Shown one piece after another: positions 38,457 through 46,416 of a stretch of DNA of 46,416 nucleotides; position 1 is the first letter of the stretch; each line of letters begins with the position of its first letter. The position numbers were made by a program, and so were the translations under genes. Source of the DNA: Coniocarpon cinnabarinum (lineage: Eukaryota). The notes beneath the pieces were generated by a model. That model had not been told where the DNA came from and did no database searches. It saw only the letters and a list, made by a program, of their open reading frames with translations. The stretch is from positions 62,001 through 108,416 of the forward strand of contig JAVECO010000070.1 of the NCBI GenBank assembly GCA_051942205.1, given 5' to 3'.

Positions 38457-38519
38457 GTAAACAAAGTGACGCGATGTGCCAGCAGATTTGAAAAAGTCGC
38501 GTCCCCCTCGTGCAAATAA
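38457..38519. promoter_or_regulatory. Forkhead and MCB-like motifs upstream of INCENP
   Basis: GTAAACAA 38457-38464, GACGCGA 38468-38474, its inverted copy TCGCGTC 38497-38503, GCAAATAA 38512-38519. Confidence 0.5.
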
Positions 38520-38896
38520 GGCCGTGCTTTTTGAAAATAACCGTACAAGTAACGGTCACGACAGTGCTGCCGACTACTAGCATTAAGGCAACGCTTGCGC
38601 AGGCATGACCGTTGCCGAGTGTCTGAAGCACAAGAGAACACAAATCTGTAGTAGCAACAAGCTGAAACTTCATATGTGCTCAGAACCTCTAAGAGACTCT
38701 TGATACCCAGCACAAGCTTTGCCACCCCCTCGTTAACTTCTCTCATTCGTCTCAGGCTAGTCACTGTCTGTGTCTAGCCAACTGCAGGTGCAGTCCATGA
38801 CCTTGTTGATCTTCGTGAGAGCCTATTCAGTCTCGTAGAAGTTTCATTCCTTCTGGCCTCACGTGTTTTAAATAGCACCCATTTGCAAACATACCC

Positions 38897-40311
38897 ATGA
38901 TGAATGGGCTTACGTGGCAGCGATGCTTAGTCTCTTTGAGATGTCGAGCTCCATTTGGCTCGTCGAGATGCTTTCCAAGATTATTCTCTGTGTCTTCAAG
39001 ACATAGGATCATGGAAACCTCGGGTTTCACTGATGAGCAATTAACTGTGCGAGACGCGATATTCAAGATTTGTGCAAATTTTCCTGACGTATGTTTCTAA
39101 TTTCCCACGATGAACTTGGGCTCATGGATCGCGATCAGGATTATTGGGCCGAGAGAGATGAGACTGCACAATACCCACACGAACTTCACACCGCGCTCGC
39201 CAAGGATGGGTGGATAGGCATTGCACTTCCAGAGTCGCTCGGAGGAGCTGGTCTGGGAATATCTGAAGCAACCATGATGCTTCATACCATTGCAGAGAGC
39301 GGTGCAGGCTTAGCAGGAGCTCAATCCATACATGCTAATGTTTATGCAACCCAACCGGTTGCCAAATTTGGAACCGAGAAACAGTTGCAGTCCATGCTGG
39401 CCCCCCTTATCGAAGGCAAGACAAGAGCTTGTTTCGGCGTCACTGAACCCAACACTGGCTTGGAAACATTGAAGCTCAACACTACTGCAACGAGGCAAGG
39501 TGATTCATATGTCATTAATGGCCAGAAGATCTGGACGAGTTCAGCACAGGTAGCTTCTCGCATGGTGCTGCTGGCAAGAACAACGCCTCTAGAGGAAGTG
39601 CAGAAAAAATCTGACGGGCTTTCTCTATTCTTCATTGAGCTTGACAAGAGCGCGCCTGGACTTGAGCTGAAGAAGATCAAAAAGATGGGTGGTCGGGCTG
39701 TTGATGCGAATGAAGTATTCTTTGATAATTACAGAGTCCCTTCGAACACGCTAATTGGGCTTGAAGGTCAAGGCTTCAAAATTGTATGACACCATGCGCT
39801 TCCAGTTACACCACCAGCCAGCTCACACTTGCAGGCACTTCATGGAATGAACGCTGAACGCTGCCTACTCGCTGGTGAAGCTCTTGGCCTGGGCTATGTG
39901 GCTCTCAAGAAAGCCGCGGGCTACGCTCGGGAGCGAGTAGTTTTTGGACGACCTATTGGGCAGAACCAAGGTATTCAGCATCCTCTTGCCGATGCATATA
40001 TGCAGCTTGAGGCAGCCAAATTGTCGACCTACCATGCTGCGAGGCTCTACGATGCCTCGCGCAGTGATCAGTCCATTACGCAGCACGCAGTAGGGGTCGC
40101 TTGTAATTCTGCAAAGTATGTTGCGGCCGAAGCAGCCTTCAAAGCGTGCGAGCGGGCTGTCATGTCTCACGGCGGGATGGGGTACGCACAAGAGTACCAC
40201 GTGGAACGATACCTGAGGGAATGTTTCGTTCCGAGGATAGCGCCGGTGTCCAGGGAGATGATTATGAGTTATGTTGCTGAGAAAGTATTGAATCTGCCTC
40301 GTAGCTATTGA
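38897..40311 (+). CDS. Acyl-CoA dehydrogenase with predicted mitochondrial presequence
   Basis: Exons 38897-39088, 39139-39783, 39835-40311. Motifs FGVTEPNTG, INGQKIWTS, YARERVVFGRPIGQNQGIQH, HGGMGYAQEYHVERYLR. The N-terminus is Arg/Ser/Leu-rich with no acidic residues. Confidence 0.92.
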
Positions 40312-40586
40312 GGGCACTTCGGAAGCTTTGTGTAAACAGAAGCGCTTCTGATGGTGGAAAAACAATAAATAGGGTGTAGATAGGATGATGTCAAAAATCA
40401 CATGTGAAACTTGCGGCTTGTTGCCAAAAGTTGCAAGCTTGGAAAGTCGCGTGCTTCCTCTTCCTCCCCTGTGCCTTCTACTCATTTCTCTTCCTCCCAC
40501 ATTCTTTTCAACCTTGCAATCTTGCACCCATTATTCACTGACCTGAATCTTCTCTGCAACTTCAAGCTCGCCCACACATCGACAGA

Positions 40587-42012
40587 ATGGACCACATGTC
40601 GGACGTCCCGCCTACACATTCATCCAGTATGCCGGCTCCGAACGGTGCCGCTGCGGGTGCTCAAGATGACCTCGCCAACGCGAAGACATCTGCAATCAAT
40701 AGTAGGGTACGTGCGACGTCGACAAGAAGATTTCACTGTGCATGACTAACAGCAAGTAGTCATGCCACAAGCAACATCCAAGTCATGTGAACCTGACACG
40801 TTTGTAGCTGCTCAATCCACCATGGCTTCTATTCAGAACAGCAGTACCGCGCAGTCTCTAAGCAACGGTCAGGGTCATGTCCACAGCTAGTATCTGCACA
40901 CCCGTTGACGCAACCTTAGGTCCTATGGCTCAGGGCGCCAAAGACCAGATGGCCAAGACTTCATCTGAATTCCAAAACGTTGCCGACTCGCGGGTCACTC
41001 CGTCCAAACCAGCCGCCACGGGGCAGCAGCTCACGCATTACCACTCCATGTTCTACAATATCCTCAGCGTATGACACACACGGCTCTCATGGTACACTAG
41101 CAGAAAAGAAGGCTAATCTCATACAGTGGCAAAACCCTCGCGTGTCTGCGGTTTCTTTTGCATCTGTCGTCACAGTGATCCTTGCGGCTCGATACCTAAA
41201 TATCCTCCACTACCTATTCAGAACAGGTTTCCTGCTGCTCGCGAGTGAGTGCTGCTGTTCAACTTCCAATCTGAAGCTGCCTCAGCTGACAACTTGCAGT
41301 AACTGCCTCTCTCGAAGTTGCGGGTAAAGCGCTTCTCGATAATGGGATTGCGTCCAGGTTTCGCCCTAAACGCTACTACACCATTCCACGAGAGGTTCTC
41401 GAGAGTAGCTTGGATGATTTGGAGCAGTTTATTAATTTCTTCATGATTGAGTCTCAGCGCATTCTATTCGCAGAGAACGTACCAAAGACACTTGCAGTGA
41501 GTACGCTATCCTGGTATGCAATTGCAATCTTGTAATCTGACTTAGCAACGTAGGCGAGTGGTGCAGCCCTGGTCTCTTGGGGCCTGATCAAGATTATGCC
41601 TCTTTGGGGTCTCGCTCTCGTTGCGACTTGCGTCGTGTTCGTGACGCCTCTTGTCTACGTCACCAACAAAGAAGCCATTGATGACTTGCTTGATCGGTCA
41701 TCGGTTGCTGTCAATCAGCAAGTCAACCAATTACGCGAGCTCACTGCCCACCATACCAATCGTGCAACAGAGTCGATGAAAACCTACGCTGGGGAGTACT
41801 CGTCCAAGGCGCAAGATCTCATGGCTCGCAAAGGAGGGTCTCCCCTTGGACCACAGAAGCAGGAGCACACTCTCAAGCCTAGCGAGGTCGCTGGCACGGC
41901 TGCCACGAGCCAACTTCCCACACCTCCAGTGACGGAGCCAACAAACTCTCAGGTCGCTGCAGCAGCTCCCGCGGTCCCCAAGACTGAGCCCAGCCCAGTC
42001 GCAGCAATTTGA
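40587..42012 (+). CDS. RTN1: Reticulon-like ER-shaping protein (Rtn1/Cwl1/RtnA), 6 exons
   Basis: Exons 40587-40701, 40808-40867, 40920-41068, 41127-41244, 41300-41496, 41554-42012. LTHYHSMFYNILSWQNPRVS, RPKRYYTIPRE, QFINFFMIESQRILFAEN, and two hydrophobic hairpins of the reticulon domain. Confidence 0.88.
40702..40807 (+). other. [D5,6] spliceosomal twin intron (stwintron) in the reticulon gene
   Basis: External donor GTAGG|T is split by an internal intron 40707-40759 (GTACGT...ACTAAC...TAG). The external intron 40702-40706 + 40760-40807 has branch CCTGAC and acceptor TAG. The final junction AAT A|CT GCT is in frame. Confidence 0.85.
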
Positions 42013-42596
42013 GACGGAGCCAGCCCATCTACGGGGATCCGACTAATACTGCACTTGTCAAAGACTGCTTTTGAGGGTGAAAATTGTAGTGAACCTGTGG
42101 GTGAAAGCAGGAGAGAAGAAGAGAAATTGAGACGGGGTGTGAAGGGCTTGTGTAGTCGATAATCCCATTGCCTGGAGAGCGCTGAGTGGTGTATGGTCTA
42201 GACTGCATAGGGGTTATGGCGGTAGGCTCAGAATGTCTCCAGGGTGCTTTCGCATGTAGCCAAAGAATGAGTGTAAGAATGGAAGCCGTGGTCAAGCGCC
42301 ACCTCACATGTGCAGCAGGTATGGACGCAAATAATAAGGTGAGCGCTTGTCAAACCTGGCCAGGTCGTCAGCCTGGGGTTCTCTGACGCTTGCATACAGC
42401 AGCGCAGAGGAAGACGATGAGTGTCACCTCCAGAGCGGGGAGTGGTAGCGCAATAGCTAGACGTCGGGCGGGCAGGATGGTTATTTTTGACCACAGCCAC
42501 TCAGCGAGGGCGGAGGCAGGCAAATCACTGCTACTACCGTGACTACCTATCACTACTTACGATTGGCGCCCGGCGCGTGCGGGAAGCGCCGGTGGA

Positions 42597-42628
42597 TGCC
42601 TGGATACCTGGGTGCCTGGGTGCCTGGA
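42597..42628. repeat. Tandem octamer repeat TRCCTGGR x4
   Basis: TGCCTGGA TACCTGGG TGCCTGGG TGCCTGGA read directly. Confidence 0.8.
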
Positions 42629-43028
42629 GCGCGTATTGCTCCTTTGGGGCATTGGTATGCACCGGTCTACGGCAGTGCCTCGCATCCAACACTTCCACGG
42701 CGCCTGTGAGTTATTCTCGTCTTCTCTTCCTCTCTTCCTCTGCGCTGCAAACACTCAAAAGCGCACTGCCTCCCCGCGCGGGCCTTGCCTGCAAACCGTG
42801 TCCACCGCTCACCCTTGCCCGTCAGGCGTTCTTGTCAATAGCGTTGCGCAAGAACTACGCCTTTATGTCTGACACCCAGCACCGCCTGCATCATTCGGTA
42901 CATCGAAGCGTTTGCCTTCTTCCTCTTCGTCCTCAAATTTCCTTCCTGTAACGTTTGCGTTCCTTTCTGTTCCATTTGTTGTCGTCTGCGCATATGTCAC
43001 TGCGCTCCATGTTCTGTCTCTTGAAAAG

Positions 43029-44855
43029 ATGATGCTCAATTTTCCCTTCTTCTGTTTCTTACTGTCGCTTCTGGACTTAAAGTGGGCCCGCGCGGCTGCC
43101 CTAGAAGACATTAATTGTAAGTCGCATCTTCGTTCGGTGTGTCTGCGGACGACCACTTACATGACTGCAGATCCTCAGGGTCAAGACACAGCACTTGCTC
43201 AGCCTTGGACATCGTCTTCTGTCTCTCCTTTTCTACCATCTTTCTTGTCTCTTTCCATTTCATCGTTTTCTTCTATTTTCTTCAATGCTATCTACTCGCC
43301 ACGCGCGTACTATGGTCTTGCGACAACAACGTCCGGAACACTAGCTACCGTTCTCGCTACTCATCAGAAGCTAAGCAACGCAGACGTTACACAGGACGGC
43401 ATAGATGACATGTCCGCGAGCGCTGGGCCTCTCGAAAAGAGGCAGGAGGAGGAGGAGGCACCAGATCAACTGACCGAGCCAGCGTGGATTTCGTCTCCAT
43501 TGTGGGCGCTGTATTCATACTCGGCCGATCTCTATCCCCCTCCCACCGCTAGTGATCCTCCGCTTCCGGAAGCCACTGAAAATCCAAGCCAAATGGTGAC
43601 CGCAATGGCTACCACTGCTGCCACTTCGGGCTTCTCCACGATGACATCGCCAGCTACGAGCTCGAATCCTTCGACTCGGCCATTGTCGTCGACGTTTGAC
43701 ACAGTGACATTGAGCAAAACAACAGATTCTCAGACTAGTGCTCTGCGCTCGACCACCGCAACAACCTCGAGTGGTTCCAGTTCCTCTTCTTCCTCTCTCA
43801 CCTCTAGCACATCCGCACCAGCGTCGATAAGTCCAGCTCCCGCACCTCACCATGGCTCCGACTCCCACACGACCGCCATTGTCGTCGGTGTTCTTGTCCC
43901 TGTGATTTCTTTGGTCATTCTGGCTGCAATAATACTCTTGTTCCTGCGACATCGTCGGGCTGTCAAGGGTGGAAAAGGTTCACAGAGTGGGGAGTCAAGG
44001 TTTGAGCCAACTTCAAGCCGAGGCACCAGCGTTGCGCTCTTGGCGGGCCTCGGTGTGGGATTCAAAAAGACGAAATCGAATTCGAGGGGTCTGCTGTCAA
44101 ATGCTTCGCCAACAGAAATGCACGACGAGAAGGATCCTCCAGCATACGACCCTCCAATCACCACTCGCCATCCTACTACAATTCTAACAGCACCCGGTCG
44201 TTTGCCATCGCCATCCAGACATGCCGAGGTCCAAGAGCAGCGACCGCGTGCAAATTCCGAAGCGGCCATGCTGACTGATGGTTCCAGCGATGATGTACAA
44301 GATCTGGACTTTCACTGCGAGGGCAATTCATCACGCACGAGTGGCGACACTGCGAGGTTTTTAGCAGGACTTCCTAGTGGGTCGCCAACTGGAGCTGGGG
44401 CTTTCAATGGGCCTAGTTCGGCTAGCCGACCTCAGCGACAGGGCACACAGAGGTCACAGGGCTCATCGTGGCTGTCGACGTCCTCTATGGATTCTGGTCG
44501 CAATAGTAGGCGACCGTCTGTTCCTGCAGTACCACAGCTCTCACCAGTCCCAGCACAAGCCCCACTCATCAATGTCACCTCACCGCCTCCTGCTCTTCGG
44601 AACGTGAATGACAATACATCGTCACACTGGTGGACTCACGGTTCCAGAGGCCTTGACTTTGACAGCTACCATCCCGGGATTCAGGCTAGAGACTTTGCCT
44701 TAGGCAATTACTCACAAGAGACTGATCGAAGATCCAGCGCCGCACGTTCAAGCCTCAGCCTTAGTTCAGGGCCGTGGAGTGACAGCGATGATGATGACAC
44801 CGCAGAAGTGCCCCTCACCAGAGGAAGCGATGTCGTTCCAGGGACAGCATCATGA
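43029..44855 (+). CDS. Type I membrane protein with Ser/Thr-rich ectodomain (Mid2-like cell-surface sensor architecture)
   Basis: Signal-peptide-like MMLNFPFFCFLLSLLDLKWARA, likely intron 43117-43170, Kex2-like EKR|Q, S/T-rich stalk, TM AIVVGVLVPVISLVILAAIILLFL followed by RHRR, and a cytoplasmic tail with PPAY. Start codon uncertain. Confidence 0.72.
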   Translation: MMLNFPFFCFLLSLLDLKWARAAALEDINCKSHLRSVCLRTTTYMTADPQGQDTALAQPWTSSSVSPFLPSFLSLSISSFSSIFFNAIYSPRAYYGLATTTSGTLATVLATHQKLSNADVTQDGIDDMSASAGPLEKRQEEEEAPDQLTEPAWISSPLWALYSYSADLYPPPTASDPPLPEATENPSQMVTAMATTAATSGFSTMTSPATSSNPSTRPLSSTFDTVTLSKTTDSQTSALRSTTATTSSGSSSSSSSLTSSTSAPASISPAPAPHHGSDSHTTAIVVGVLVPVISLVILAAIILLFLRHRRAVKGGKGSQSGESRFEPTSSRGTSVALLAGLGVGFKKTKSNSRGLLSNASPTEMHDEKDPPAYDPPITTRHPTTILTAPGRLPSPSRHAEVQEQRPRANSEAAMLTDGSSDDVQDLDFHCEGNSSRTSGDTARFLAGLPSGSPTGAGAFNGPSSASRPQRQGTQRSQGSSWLSTSSMDSGRNSRRPSVPAVPQLSPVPAQAPLINVTSPPPALRNVNDNTSSHWWTHGSRGLDFDSYHPGIQARDFALGNYSQETDRRSSAARSSLSLSSGPWSDSDDDDTAEVPLTRGSDVVPGTAS

Positions 44856-45327
44856 TATTTACGACGATATTAATAGTCCTGGATTTAGAAATATTTGGAT
44901 ACTCATGTACTATTAGGAGTGTACGACTTGGATGTAATTCTTGTGTCTATGACTGTACGATTAAAAAATGACATACATATCAACAGAGTTATATTGCCAG
45001 TTTGAGCCTCTTAATAACGATAATGGTAACCCAAGACTTTCCGCGCGAGAAATGCAGTGGAAGCGTGGACTGGCACACACGGACTGTCGCTGTCCTATGT
45101 TCGTCGAGTTTTAGCAACCCTGCCCGCACCCTTCGTTTTCGTTTTTCGCATCTCCGCAAAGATACAAACATGCTGTGACAGTGAAAGAGTTTCTCATTCA
45201 TACATATCGTTTCCTACTTAACTCATTCATTTAGAGTCGAGAGAGTGCAATTGCAATTGAACCTGTCAATGCTCTCATTCTAGTCTAATTCTTGGGCCAT
45301 CCACATTCACTAGCACACATCGCGGAC

Positions 45328-46416
45328 ATGTCGACGAACGGCACCGCACGAAAGAGTAAGTTCTGGCCACCGCGATTTGGTCAAGAAGCAAATCATACTG
45401 ATTGCGTCAGCACCTCAAACAGCAAATACAGCGCCACCATCGGCGACCGCATCTCGCGCACAATCCCCTTCCAACTCCCAGCCCGCCTCCGCCACCAGCA
45501 ACGGCCCCAAGAAGACTACCCCCTCCAAGCCCGCGAAACCGACAGACGACGACCCCAACTCCACGACGCAACGCTGCAAACATTGCAAGCAGCAAGTCCC
45601 CAAAGAGGGCTTCAGCAATCACTCCAAGCAATGTCTCCGCAAGAAGAAAGAAGAGAAGAAGAAGCGTGAAGAGGCGATTGCGAAGGCGACGAATGGGAGT
45701 GAGAAAGACGCAGCTGGTGAACCTGATGATACGCTCATGACGAACGGCGATGCCGCTGCATCTACTTCGACGACTGCGCCGCCTGCTGAGACGAACGGAA
45801 CCCCGACTACTGAAGCTGCCCCTCCAACATCTAAACCTTCCAAGCCGTCCAAACCGAAACCCAGTGCATCCGGTGCTTTGAACAATAAAAAGCGCAAAGC
45901 GGACGTCGCGCTCGACGACAACGCTTCAGTTGCGTCTTCGAACCCCGCAGACACCAAACCACCTAAACCCCCCACCAAGAAGTTAAAAAAGAAAGACACC
46001 GAAGCCAAGACCAAAGACAAAGACGCCGCTCCGAAAACCGGCGGCGGCGGCAAGCCCAAAGGCCCCGTCGACGTCGAGAAACAATGCGGTGTCCAGCTCG
46101 CGAATGGAAGCATGTGCGCCCGCAGCTTGACCTGTAAATCCCACAGCATGGGCGCCAAACGCGCCGTCCCCGGTCGCTCACTACCCTATGATATACTCCT
46201 CGCGCAATACCAAAAGAAGAACCAAGCGAAGCAGCAGAAAGAGCGCATGGCCGCGCATGGCGCCGCCGTCGATGCTGAAGACGGCGTTGGCGGGAACGGC
46301 GGACCTGTTGATTCGGATGAGGAGAGGGATCGGGTTATGAGTGCGATTGCGCGGGCCCGACCACGGCCACTGACTGTTGAGTGGGATGGAGGAGGTGGTG
46401 GGATTGGGAGTGGGAC
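45328..46416 (+). CDS. SGF73: SAGA deubiquitination-module anchor Sgf73/Ataxin-7 (3' truncated by window end)
   Basis: Exon 45328-45355, intron 45356-45410, then open to the window end. Zinc finger CKHC...HSKQC and SCA7 domain [14 protein letters not shown]...[26 protein letters not shown]. Absent from the ORF track because there is no stop in the window. Confidence 0.92.

Noticed and set aside
40760..40807. Alternative reticulon model with a 22-nt micro-exon (40760-40781) between two ordinary introns
   Set aside because: It needs a poor GTCATG donor and a 26-nt intron, far shorter than any other here. The stwintron model uses canonical signals and two 53-nt introns.
360..44855. Cryptic peroxisomal targeting by stop-codon readthrough
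   Set aside because: None of the stop codons I inspected has the TGA-CTA readthrough context.

Overview
Gene-dense 46.4 kb window from a filamentous ascomycete (Pezizomycotina; short GT-AG introns with CTRAC/CTRAY branch sites). I reconstructed 18 protein-coding genes by hand-splicing, plus a probable gene end at the left edge: bleomycin hydrolase, a Ubc15/UBE2G1-type E2, an ERG26-like 3-beta-HSD, a 5'-nucleotidase, a histidine-phosphatase (PGM-like) protein, an unknown single-TM protein, RAD6, kinesin-1 heavy chain, an amino-acid transporter, Sis1-type DnaJ, an RNF216-like RBR E3 ligase, a PTH11-like receptor, a DHA2 MFS pump, INCENP, an acyl-CoA dehydrogenase, reticulon, a Mid2-like sensor and SGF73 (truncated). 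I saw no transposon, rRNA, tRNA or CRISPR. The strongest signal is a nested spliceosomal twin intron ([D5,6] stwintron, 40702-40807) in the reticulon gene, followed by an in-frame skippable 60-nt exon. This intron class is known from reticulon genes of other fungi, so it is not a new system. Other notable signals: a 4-nt first exon creating a predicted myristoylated, PPxY-bearing bleomycin hydrolase; SUMO-interacting motifs on the RBR ligase; a stem-closed intron with a rare GAG acceptor; and clear HSE, GATA/CpcA and forkhead/MCB-like promoter motifs. No searches were run, so all gene names rest on motif recognition.
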